Shown here piece after piece: positions 22,855-35,100 of a stretch of DNA of 64,000 nucleotides; position 1 is the stretch's first letter, and each line of letters begins with the position of its first letter. Source of the stretch: Azolla caroliniana (lineage: Eukaryota; Plantae; Polypodiophyta); NCBI GenBank assembly GCA_043228905.1, contig JBHGNT010000004.1, positions 2,604,001 to 2,668,000 on the forward strand, written 5' to 3'. Below the pieces are notes generated by a model, which did not search any database, was not told where the DNA came from, and was given only the letters and a program-made list of their open reading frames with translations. A program made the position numbers and the translations under genes.

Positions 22855-24099
22855 AAGGCAGTCCTCACCTGTTGGACCAGAGGAAAGTGGATTTGAAGAT
22901 CAAGTCTTCTTGGTGTACCATAATTACAAGGTCACTTATTGTATGGGAAAGTTTTGACCATTTGTGTATATCTATACATCCATTCATCCATTTGTACATA
23001 GAAGCACAACATCTTTCTATTTGTAATTATTTGGCCGTAATGAAAATTGTGATGCCATCTCCATTTTTAAATAATTCAAATTCAATGAAAGTGTTTGTCC
23101 ATTAAAATCCAATATAGAGATTTCCCTTATCAGGTAACAGAAATTTCTGTATGGAGCATTTTTTTTTTGCTAAGTTGATATTTATAGCAGCAACAATTAA
23201 GTTATGACTACAGGTGAATAGTTAGTGTGAAAAAGAGGCTAGAAGGGAAACTTCGCAGGTCCTTTGAATAATGTAATACGAGTCATACCGTGAAGGTCGT
23301 CATGGCTTTGCATTCTTTTTCTGTTTGTCATCCCATTGCCTTTCTTTAATTAATGATTGTAACAAAGTATGTGATTAATATGATTTTCGCATGCTTTTAC
23401 CAGTAGGTTGATCGACAAGTGTGATTATTGGATGGTTGATACTACCATATATGTTCAAATGATATAAAGCTTCTCTTTTGAAAGATCCACATGCAAATGC
23501 AAATTGACTAGAGGTTAGCATTCGTGACATAACCCTGATTTCCCACAATGCAAGCTGCATTAACAAGACATTGCTACTTTTTGCATGCTGAATTCGTATT
23601 ATGCAACATAGCAATATAAAAACACATTCTTGACCCTATACTACAATAGAAGGATCTTTATGGCAAATTCACTTCATTTAAAAATGCTAAAATGGATTGT
23701 CCTAATGTATAAAGAACATATTTATGTATTACTAAACCAACAAAAGCCATTATACCAAAAATCAAGAAGTGAATAGAAATATACTCACTAACAATCACAC
23801 AAATTTGCTGGGATGTTTCTACCAATTACATTGGGAATTTCATAAAATTGCGGATGATTTACTAGATGACCTTGTAGTTCTAGTAGATTCTCTAGTTATT
23901 TCTAAATCAAATACATAAATGGTTGTTACTAAATCATATGTTTGGTTTCCCCAACAATGTATTGGCTAAATCTTGTCTATGTGTGGTTTATACCTTACAC
24001 CAACACATACTGTGAATGAAGAGAAATATTCATAAGTACGGCCTTATTCATTTGTCTATTGAATCCCTAATATCGTTCTTCCTTTGTCAAATATACATG

Positions 24100-24640
24100 A
24101 ATGCCGAACTTATCCATTACTCGTCGACTCTCGTAAAAGGGGCCACAAAAACATGTGCTTGTAGACACTCATGTTTCAACAAAGCTTGATGGTTCATCTA
24201 GGGATACCACTACATTACATGCACCAACTGGTTATCAAAGAACACCGAGACTTTATCCAACAATGCACGTTGATGTTTTCGGGAGTGAAATATGACATCA
24301 TAAAACCCTTTTGGGCATGTATACATATTATGAACACAATTTTGTAATACGATTGTTTTCAACCATTGCTTAATCCAATTTATGAGTGAGTGTTTGACAG
24401 TAAAAAAAAGATAATTGCATGATCGTAAAATATGCCGAAAGACTATAAAATTGTCTTACCGTTGGATTCTATACCATATACATCATTGAGATAATCTTTT
24501 GCTTCATTCTCATTCTCCTCTACTAACAACAAGGTATTGACAATCTTCCATAAATCATCCCAATTAGGCTCATCCTTATCACCCTCTTTTATATGTTTTT
24601 GCTCAAGATATGTCCGAATTTTTCCATACAATTTCCTCTA
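24100..24640 (-). pseudogene. Possible ancient LINE ORF1 (DUF4283-like) remnant
   Basis: Minus-strand translation KGFYDVIFHSRKHQRALLDKVSVFFDNQLVHVM*WYP resembles the GFF…F…W.P pattern of plant L1 ORF1; stops present. Confidence 0.3.
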
Positions 24641-24710
24641 CACCCTTAAGTCTTTGGAAACTTCTCTATCCTTTAGTGAAACAATTGTTAAGCACTTGTT
24701 GTACATAATA

Positions 24711-25313
24711 TGACGCTGGAAGACACCGACAACGGTGTTGGTACTAAACTAAGGGCACAACTAAGAAAGAGGGATGATAAAACAAAATTGCCTTTAGAGC
24801 ATTAAGCCTGATAGTCCCCCATGAAATGAGACAACCTTTTGTAAGTGAGCTATATAAGTCATTTTTGTGATGTTTTAGCTTTTTTTCTTGATTTCTTAGT
24901 TCTCTTTTCCCTTTAACCCAAGCTAGAACTCTCTCCCTCCTCTATATATACTTCTAGTGAGTTGAGTGATTAAGGTTAATTGTTACTTAACCAAACCTTA
25001 AAAGCTCCTCCTTTCAAACGTGTTGTGTGAACTTCTCTATTTAATTGATGAGAGGTTAATACTATTATGTGTAATACCTTTGTTTTATGTTTGTATGCTT
25101 AACACTTAAGACTTCATAATAAGCTAGTTAGCTTCTTGATTAGAGTTGCCTTAAGGAAGTGTGAGTGAGAGTTCCCAAGGTAAGGGTTTTTGAGGCTAGT
25201 GGATTGAGAGCAATTGACAACCACTCTCACTTGGTTCACCACTAATGGGCTATCCGGTGGTCCGGACCCCTCCACCAACAATATCAGTTTAGAGACACAA
25301 TTCCAGCGGTACA
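24711..25313. mobile_element. Putative solo LTR
   Basis: TG…CA ends with imperfect inverted termini (TGACGCTGGAA / TTCCAGCGGTACA) and an internal CT-rich tract with TATATATA; no clean TSD. Confidence 0.3.
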
Positions 25314-25364
25314 AAGACGTATGCATAGTATGTTGAATCGTTTTATTGATCACATAAATACAAG

Positions 25365-25437
25365 GCCGACCTAGCTCAGTTGGTAGAGCGCAAGGCTCTT
25401 AACCTTGTGGTCATGGGTTCGAGCCCCATGGTCGGCG
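25365..25437 (+). tRNA. trnK-CTT: tRNA-Lys (anticodon CTT)
   Basis: 73-nt cloverleaf: acceptor GCCGACC/GGTCGGC, D arm GCTC/GAGC, anticodon stem CAAGG/CCTTG with CTT, T arm ATGGG-TTCGAGC-CCCAT. Upstream CAA motif; only a weak TTCTTT terminator. Confidence 0.92.
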
Positions 25438-28354
25438 TTCTTTGTGAACATGGTTAAGTAGACTTCCAACTAACACATTTCAGTGTAAGTCACTTGGTTA
25501 TAATAAAAATGATAATAGAAGAGTTGTTTTGACCTACAAAGCTACATATAATAATAATATACAATTTTGTTTTGTTGGGCGTCAAGAAAATCTTCGACGT
25601 CATAGTTCAAGCCCCATTATTGTGCTCTTTGAGCATTTTGTGAAGGGGACTTCAAATCAAAACATTCCATTGTCAATCATTTGGTTACATTAAAAAATAA
25701 TTATAGAAAAAAAAACATCGAACTTCAAGAGAAACACTATACATATATTGTTGTTTTGTAGACTTCAAGAAAGTCTTTGACATCATACTAAAAAATGAGC
25801 TTTACTAAGTAGTAAGAATGATATTAGAGTATAAAGCAAATGTAACAATGTAACATGATCATAATTGATTTTAAGGGGATATAGCAAAAAACGCTATACA
25901 TATTTTAAGGGGAAAAACCACAAAGGGTAGTAATTGAAGTAATACAGCCAAGAAACTACGGTAACCCCACCCCTTCATAAAAGGGAGAACCAACAGAAAT
26001 GGTGAAAGCTTCAAATATCCTTGTATGAATTTCCCATCAACAAATAGGTGGAATTTATGGTATGACTTTATACTTCACATGGGATAGAATATTTATTATA
26101 TATTTGAGAATCAATGCAATAAAAGTGATACTCCAAGATGTTTAAGAATTGCTTGGTGGATTGGAAGTGTGGGGTGGCACTATCTTACTTAGTGCATTGA
26201 ATGACATAGAGAAAATCCAAAATTTGTTCTTTATGTAGACAATTGGGGCTAAATTCCTCAACATCCTATACCATCACACAATTTAAAATATGTGCTTAGC
26301 CTATTGAAGTACTAGGCATGCAAAAAGTCAAGAATATTCTTGATCATAGATTGTGAAAACAAGCATGGAACATATGATGCAAAAAACTAATAAGAGCAAA
26401 ATCCTCTCATTTGGTTGGGTGCTCAACATTATAAGAGGGTTTAAGACATGGGAGTAAAAAATCTATTAGAGCTCTCAAGTGATGTTATGAAGCATGCTAT
26501 CATCCACGATAAATTACTAGAAGCACTAAGGATGAAGTTGCAAGATGCTAAAATGTCAAAATTGGATTATTATATTGTAGATATTAACCCCCAATGTTGG
26601 GCCCGATGTGAATGCAAGAACCATATACAACCCCCATCTTACTACTCCCATGAACCTAGGTTGTCTAAGAGCCTTAATACTTCTTTGAACCCACTCATGC
26701 AAGTTAGGTGTTGAGGTAGCATCATGGCGTCATCACCTAAGTATGAAGATATGCAAGGTATACAATGAAAGCTTAATGGAGGATGAATATTGCTTACTTG
26801 TCGCATGCTCGCTATATGAGGTCATTCACTAGAAGTATGATGATTTATTAGGCATACATGATAATTTAAGCATCATACTCAAAGTCTCCACCAAGAAGGG
26901 TTAGCACATATGCACATTCATTATTTCCATATACAAAGTTTGAGTTTTTGGTTTTGCTGTAGAGTAGCCTCTTAGGAAGGAATCACATACAAGGTGAAAT
27001 GTTGATTTGGTCCCATAGGTCAAAATTGGCCTCATCATGGATGGTAAAACATCTATTTTATTCTATTTTACATTGAGACATGGGCATGACAAGGATTGCA
27101 CAAAAATCTCTTCTCTAAACCATCACTTTGTTTGACCTTAAAACCACTACTTCCATTCCACTCAATTCATATTCTCTTTGGCGTGAGATGCAATGTTAAG
27201 GACGAGCATGGAGCCTCGTTGAATATGAATGCTTTCACATGAACACGTCTAAGGGTCTATGACATTTTGTTCGAGTTTGCTTTCCACAAACCAATTTGGA
27301 ACCATATGCGTTCTTCTCACAACCACAATGGCACACTCAATTGCTATGCTCATTAGTAAATTCTCATGTATTGGGTCACTACTCAACTCCAAACACACTA
27401 CATGAAAATGTTTCACTTTTGATCTCATTGCTATATCAATTGATCTCCCTCAACACACTCATATAGTTTTATCAATGTAGACAAGATATTACATAGCCAC
27501 TATACCACTAATCTAAAAAGCACCCTCATGCACCACTATTACATAAAAGTGGGCCTCATGAAAAGTCCCATTTTTAGTTAGTTTTGCATCATTAACTAAT
27601 GACATAATAGAGTAACCACAACAATGCATCCTTCATCTCTTACAACATTTGATACACAACAAAATTCATCCTCATTGTGGTTACATTTCACCCACACACA
27701 TGTACCCAATTAATATCCTTATTGTTCTCCCATCAAAATCTCTGCAGTTGATTCACAACGTTTACCCTTAACAATCCATGCATGTACCTTAATCTTACTA
27801 TTTAGTATTAAGTAACAACTATATGCTCCACTTTAACAATTGGAAATTTAACAAAGACGCTTTTTACTAAGGATTAACGATATTATTTTTAAATTTAAAT
27901 TTTAGATATAAGACCTGCGTTGATGGATATACTTTAAATTATATGAAATGTTTTATACAAAAGATATAAACAAATGAAGTGATGAAGGGGAACCTTTACA
28001 AACAAATTTGTCACAATAAAAATAAATGTTCTGTAATGTCCAACTTTGATAACCTTACCGGTCATCATATCCTCTAAAAGCACACAAATCAAATCATATA
28101 AAGAAAATAAAACTAAAATAGTGCTCTAATAAAACCTGCAACCTTTGCTACAAGCTATTTCTTCTTCAAAACATTGAATAAGAATAGTAACTATTGAATA
28201 TCACTCTTTTTTGTATACAACATGTCCTTCCTATTATGTACAAAATGTTATTAGAACATTTTCTTCTAAGAAATCCAACAAGGACCTGTAACATGATGAG
28301 ATCAATAGTTCTTTTTGGGGTGGAGGTATAAACAATGGTCGAACTTTTGGGTCT

Positions 28355-31300
28355 TTATGCCAATAGTGGGGTATACTCACTCGGCACGACTTTCTTTGTG
28401 TACCTACTATAGTATTGTGCCTGTAACCAACACAAAAAATTAAAAAGAGTCTCTTCTCTCTTCTAGAGAAACTACTATTGAATTTGCCCCTAGGGGTAGT
28501 ATGATTTTGTACGAATGATGGCCATTTTTCCCAATTCATAGTTCTTTCTGTCAGTCTCTGTCTTGCAGTTGGTTTGGTGGTTTACTATGTTGCATAGAAG
28601 TCATGAAATATAAAGAACCCAAGTTCAATCCTTCACCAAGAAGGTGTTCCTATTCTATATCTTAAATTAGATTCATCTCCCACTCAATCAATCCAGTCAC
28701 AATTTTGATATAGATGCAATATATGTATAAAAATATTCAATACAGACACATATCTATATATATAACTTAGAACAGGAAAATAAATGAAGAGTCAGCATAA
28801 AAAAGAGAATAAACCAATGCAAGACAAATTGCATGAGGCGATTAATTTCTCTACATGTTCACAACGCTTAAAAAGTGTAAGACATAATATATAATAATGG
28901 ACATAAAGATTATCACATTTTACCTGGACAAATATAGTCAAGTCCAAAAGAATTGTCCCAAAACTCCCAACAAGCCAAGGTGCTTTCCCAATCAAGTATG
29001 ACCTAAGTACAACGTTTTTGAATATTAGAAACAACCAATGAATCAACATACTGGCCTAACAAGCTATATCTTCTTGCAATAAGAAATGAAAAAGAAAGCA
29101 AATAAAAAGGTGTTTTAGCAAAGTTGTTTAAAAGATTACATCATGAAAATTATTGTGGATTACCAAGAGGAAGCCCGCATCACTATCGCCATACCATATG
29201 TAAGATTCGCAAGAATAGCACATGTCACCATGCCAAGGGAGAGACCATCAGCTGTTTTTCTCTCTCTGTTCTTCACTAGTTGTGACAATCGAGAACCTAA
29301 GTAAAGTGCGGAAGATCCCCATCTGTATTTCATAAATATAAAAGCATTGAACTCATGGTATAAACAAAGATCATATTCTAACATTCTGATAAACTTAAGC
29401 CAATTCATGACTTACCCCAAGAATCTTCCTAAAATCACTGTCCATGAAAAGGTAGAAATATCTAGCGATAAAAGCTCTCCACCCAGAGAAGCTCCTATAG
29501 GCTTCTTTGTATTGATAAATAGTGATGGCTCAATCGTTTCTTCAGAAAGAGAGAGTAATGCGCGTCTACCAAGTACATGTCCTATACCAACACCACTAGC
29601 ATAACTCTTACGAGACCATGTCTGAAGATTTATGGTAGAGGCTAGCCCTAAAAGGCAGGCAACACCAACCAAAGCTTTGGTTTGAACTCTTCTCTTCGAT
29701 GACACATTGCTATAATTTACATCTGCCGGCGAACCTTTTCTCGCGCTTCCTTTCCTCTTATTTTTGTACATAGAACTACGGCGTGTCACCATCGCATTCC
29801 CATCTTCTAAACCATACTGCTCCACTAGCCTTCTTAATCGATGTCGGTGTTCGTACATCCACTTATCATGTTGTTGAAGATCAAAGAAAAGCTTTGGTTG
29901 CTTTTCAGAGGTCTCTAGCATTGTAGATAATCCAATGTTCGAGCTCATACCCTCTTTAAGAAGCGCATCAGATTTTAGAGTATTTCCAGAAAAAATATTG
30001 CTTTCCTCGGCTTCATTTTTAAGTGAGGAGAGATGCTTTCCGGAAACAGAACTATGGTGTGCATGTTTATCCTCTCCTACATGAGTTTTCGCAGCTCAAT
30101 AATTGGAAGAAAGATATAGTTTACAAAGTAAAATTGCGTCTTACTATTTTTTCCTATGCACAGAAAAATATATATTTGGACGTTTACAAGCATATACTTC
30201 AGAAATACTTCACCTTTTCAAACTCAAATACCTTTAGAGGTTCTAGAATGTACATTTTGTTCTAAAATTTTCTCAAGTGCCTCAACCTTGCAGCTATCTG
30301 GCTTCTGGAGGTCAGCATATCCAGATCCCTTATGCAAAGATTCATCTGAATCTGAATAATAGGCATCTTTCCCGTTCCGTATTTGGTAGTAAAGGTACTA
30401 AATTGAAAGGCATGAATTTTGAACATAAATTTGATAATATCACCAAAACATGATTTTAAGGAAAACTAAATAGAAGAGAGTACAGTAAATACATATGTAC
30501 CTGAGTAATAATGATCGCATCAGAGAACATAAAATACCCTGCCGTGATTGTTTGTGTTGCGAGTTGATCCCCAGTAAGCACACATCCCAAGAAATTGAAA
30601 GTGTCACCCTACAAAATCTGATCATTAAAAATAGGAATACATACACCAGCAATCAATTTCATGCCTTTGATGACAAATGTTTGGATCTACTTAATGGTAA
30701 TGCTAGTTACAAATCTATTGCAAGATTAGGGGAAATTTGCAACAGATAAATAATGTAAAGATTGAACAATCCTAATTACATAATTGACCTATACATTTGA
30801 CTATTGAATAAAACACAAGCAGAAGGCTAGAACTTACTCTCCACCGAACCAAATCTGCTCATATAGAAGCTCATCCAGTAGATAATGGGCATACTCTATT
30901 AATTAAACACAACTAATACATAAACATACATTTATGCTCATTATAGAAGGGCATCCAATACCTATTGGGCAAACTCGAGTTTTAAATAACCTTTAACAAT
31001 AGTCTTATGCATACATGCTCATAATGGATCATGTCATGGGTTCTGCAGACTCCAGAGTTGGACATCTCTCATGAGATGTCCGAGAAATTCCTAGATTGCA
31101 AATAATAACCAATCCAATTTGTGCAGACCATACCCTCAAAGAACAACCATAAGTGTCATGTTCAATGTGACTGAAATTATTTGGCTTATTTAGTTATAAC
31201 TTTGGGGACATTATCAATATATCATCACACCACCACTTATACCAAAATGAAAACATTTCATTTTTTATAAAGCTAATTAACAATAATAAAAGGCATGATT

Positions 31301-31802
31301 AACAAGAAATCAATGCACAATCCCATAATGAAGAGAATTGTTAATTCTTAAGCAACATATCTTATGACCAATAAAAATTGCTTTGTACAACAATTAGCAG
31401 TTCATCACACGATTAAAAACAGAAAAGAAGTGCAAATACAATTAGATTTTGGGGGTTACATGATCAATAAAAAATGGCGCCAACATGAGAAAGCTAAGAA
31501 ATGATGATGATGAAAAAACTAATGAATGAATGGAATGAAATGGGATGAAAAAATGAAAAACAGATGAAAGAACTTACAGCTAGCCATTGTGCAAGGAACC
31601 ATGGAGAGAGAGCGTCAGCACTTTTCCTTAAAAAATTGCTGATAAACTGAGGGAGCTGAGCAACAATCCAGAAACAAACAGAAGAAATCCCGACAAGGAA
31701 AGCTATGGCATCCCAAGATGTATACACACAGTCACCAAACCATCTCTCTATCAACAAGTTTGCATCAGCCCCACAAGATACATACCCTTGTGATGATATC
31801 AT
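28355..31802 (-). CDS. PQ-loop repeat (PQLC2/YPQ-like) vacuolar/lysosomal amino-acid transporter, 7 coding exons
   Basis: Exons 31578-31802, 30501-30608, 30232-30397, 29416-30076, 29164-29322, 28924-29002 and 28355-28420 (GT-AG, phase-consistent). Motifs CFWIVAQLPQFISNF…WFLAQWLAGDTFNFLGC and GWGSSALYLGSRLSQL…ANLTYG…PWLVGSFGTILLD. C-terminal EYTPLL dileucine signal. Start codon uncertain. Confidence 0.88.
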
Positions 31803-31847
31803 ATTCAATGGAGCACTAGGCCTAACGGTTTGGATCAGAAAATATGC

Positions 31848-32120
31848 AAACCCTAAACTTTAACCTTAGATTCAAATACAAACACCCTGACCTTAATCTT
31901 AAAACTTTCAGTTAACCTTAATTTTAAAAACCTTAAGTTCAATCCTAACCCAACCCAAAAACGTTAAATTTTAAAATTTTTGGCTTAACCCTAACCTCAC
32001 GTCTAAAAACCTTGTGTATAGCCCCAACCCAACCTTAGAGCCTTATGATGTTTAACCCTAATCCAACCCTATATGCAGGTAACCTTAACCCTATCTGATG
32101 TCTGTGTGAAGGACCCTAAC
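31848..32120. repeat. Degenerate telomere-like (CCCTAA/CCCTAAA) tract
   Basis: Many AACCCT, AACCTT and CCCAA variants in about 270 bp just upstream of the PQ-loop CDS. Confidence 0.6.
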
Positions 32121-35100
32121 TATTTAGGTTTCCGATGTTCTCCTCTACGATGATGATGATGATGATGAAGAAGAAGAAGATCAATCAGAGAGATGTAGCA
32201 ATCTAAGCACGGAACAGGAGCGAGGTATAGAAAGAGAGGTAGAGAGAGGTTGGAAGGTAGGGGAGAAGGCAAGGGGGGGGCTTTGCTAAATCAAGCATTT
32301 GGAATATTTTGTTCATTCTCTTCTTTCTTCTTCTTTCTTCTTCTTCTTCTTCATTTCTGTCCATCTTCCATGTCTTTCGTCTTATTGATCGCCTCTTGTT
32401 TGTTGAAGTTGTGTGTGTGTGTGTGTGTGTGTGTGCATTTCTTCTGTCTACACAGATTGTCCATATCTCTGAGATACTTGGGCTCGAACCCAAGACTCGA
32501 AAGCCCCGAGAGCCCAAATGTCTTATCTACACATAAAAATCCAAACTACATACATATGTACATATAAAGATACACTCTCGCCTATTCACGAATCATCACG
32601 TCCACTTCTTATTCGCTCTCACTCTCTCTCTCTTTGCCTCTATACAGACTCCCCCCCCCCATCACTCCCGACTTTGCAAGTCTACAGATATACCATGGGC
32701 ATTTTGCTCACCAATGATCATTGACTAACTCCATTGTGTGTTCCTTCCTTCCTGACACGGGCAGTCGATCGAGACATCCTAGAAAGTGGGCCTCGGTTGC
32801 TTTCCCCTCAAAAACATTCCTTTTGCAAATGCTGGTTTGAAAAGTGCATGGCAGTCACTTTCTCGCTTGAATCGAGAATGTGTGATCGTCTTGTAATGCA
32901 CATATTCTAGATCTCATAGTCTTCCTCCTTTCTCCGGTTTTCGGGTTGTTGATTTTTGAACCCTCTGTTTTCTCCGGTTCTCGAAAGTCTGGGTTTCTTA
33001 GTTTTCCTTGTGTTCACCTTTCTATTTGTTCGTAGTTGTTGCTTACATTGTTGCCACCAAAACCCTTCTCGAGTTTCAACCCAAAAAAGTATTTTCCCAA
33101 TTTTGCAAACGAAGACATTGATATCCATGGCATTCTTAATGAGGCAATGTATTTGTTATTAACCCATGTATCTGTGTTCAAATCTCATAATCTATATCAC
33201 TTTATTAGTTCTAAGCAATATAGTGTTTGAAACTCACTATGTGCACTACTTTCTAAACATGAATTGCAAATGATGATGGCTGGATGCATAACCCTACAAG
33301 ATGAGTTGCATTTGTCTTCAATTACTTTACTAAATGTCACTACGAAACGTGTAGCAATTTGGGTGCATGATCTTTAGGTTTCTATTAGCCAACCTTATCA
33401 AATGATTTGCCTCTCTTTGCTCTCTCTCTCTCTCTCTCTGGAGTGAACCTTGAATGCATGACATATCTTTGATTTCCAAGACTCTACCTTGACACCAAAT
33501 GACAAACAAGTCCCTAAGATCTTGTGGATGATGTTCTAACTTTGAGGATATCCCTTTGCAAGAGTTAGAGGGGGTTCATAGTTATAGTGGCATAGGTTAA
33601 ACACTATGTTATATAAATCAACTAAATATATATGGAATGGTATTTTTTATTCTCTGAAGTGTGATAATTATTATGCCAAAACCTCGCAAGAGTACAAGGT
33701 TGTGGGTTCCTAACAAAATTTTCTTGTTTATTACAAAGTTATATAATAGCTTTGATCCAAGTAGTCTCAAGGTTCGCTTGAATGCTATAGCTCTTCACAT
33801 TCTTTTGGCTATTTGCTCCACATAACTACATGAATTATTCTAAGGCGTTGCAAGGTCCGACCATGACAAAAGTAATGAAAAAGAAAGAACTCCCTTATCC
33901 ATTCTAAATGTACACTAAATCTATACCATGAAATATATATTATAAAGACGTTGTAAACTAATGAGTTTTTTTGTTAGCAAAAAAAAGGGAAAGCTAATAA
34001 TGTTCATGTTAGGTCTACAGTAAATGCAATGATCTTTTAAAATTCTATATATGACTGCATGAATTTAAAATACAGTATTGTTTTCTAAACACGATAATTT
34101 GTTTGATAAAGACTCGTTGATTTTATAATGGAGAAGAGAATGCCAAGTTCCAAGAACCAATTTTGGCAATCGACGATTGATGTGACTATTTCTAATTACC
34201 GAAAAAGGAAAAGCTAATGTTAAAAAGTATACTCTATAATTAAGGCATTATTATAAATGATTATCATAATATTCTTAGCTTCGTAGGCCTACACGTTTAT
34301 GCACCCAATTGAGTAATTGAAAACGATATCTCAAAACATTTATTAAATTATAGTCAATCTCAATTGGAACTCTATATTTCTTCGAATATATGTGATACAT
34401 ATCTACCTAGGACATACATGAAAATGAAGATGATAAATGAAGTTATGCTATAAATCACCCAATGGGACATTGATGAAAACAAAGAAGATTCACTAAGAAA
34501 ACTATGGGGTGTAATTTATTTTACATTTCCATTTTCTTTATCAAAAGAAACCTATAGGCTACATCTACCATCGCGTGAAAAGGAACAAGAGAAGAGGAGG
34601 ATAAAGGAGAAGAAAACGGTTAATGCCACCTCCCATGTAAGCCATGTTTTTGCATTTGGGCCCTCTACCAATTTCTTGTGGTAAATTCGATAATGTAGGT
34701 ATGTTTACCAAAGAATGTGCGTTCATCTACATGCTTTTTAGCGTTTACATTCTGGCATTTTATGAAAGCAATAGAAACACAATTTGTTTTTAGTAAAAAC
34801 ACACCCATGCGCAAAGGCATTAGGAGAAGCTCAAAGATGAAAGATAAGCCTGCCTTAGAAGTCAACAATAGTTTAGAGCTCGTGGACATAATATGGATAA
34901 CCCAAGAGCCACATGATTCCATGAGACTTTGTGGTCAACGTTTTTTGTTTTTCCTTGCATTTTTGGTGCCTTTTGGTTAAGAATGTCGTTACGTGTTTCA
35001 CAACTCCAAGCACAATCACTTTTCATGGCATCATGCGTGAATCTTGTCGGTATGTTTTTTATTTAATTAGGGATTGTCCTTGGGTTTTCCTTACTACATT

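Noticed and set aside
32203-32567. ORFs upstream of the PQ-loop gene
   Set aside because: Dominated by (GT)n and (CTT)n repeats; likely UTR or promoter, and no supported splice to the CDS was found.
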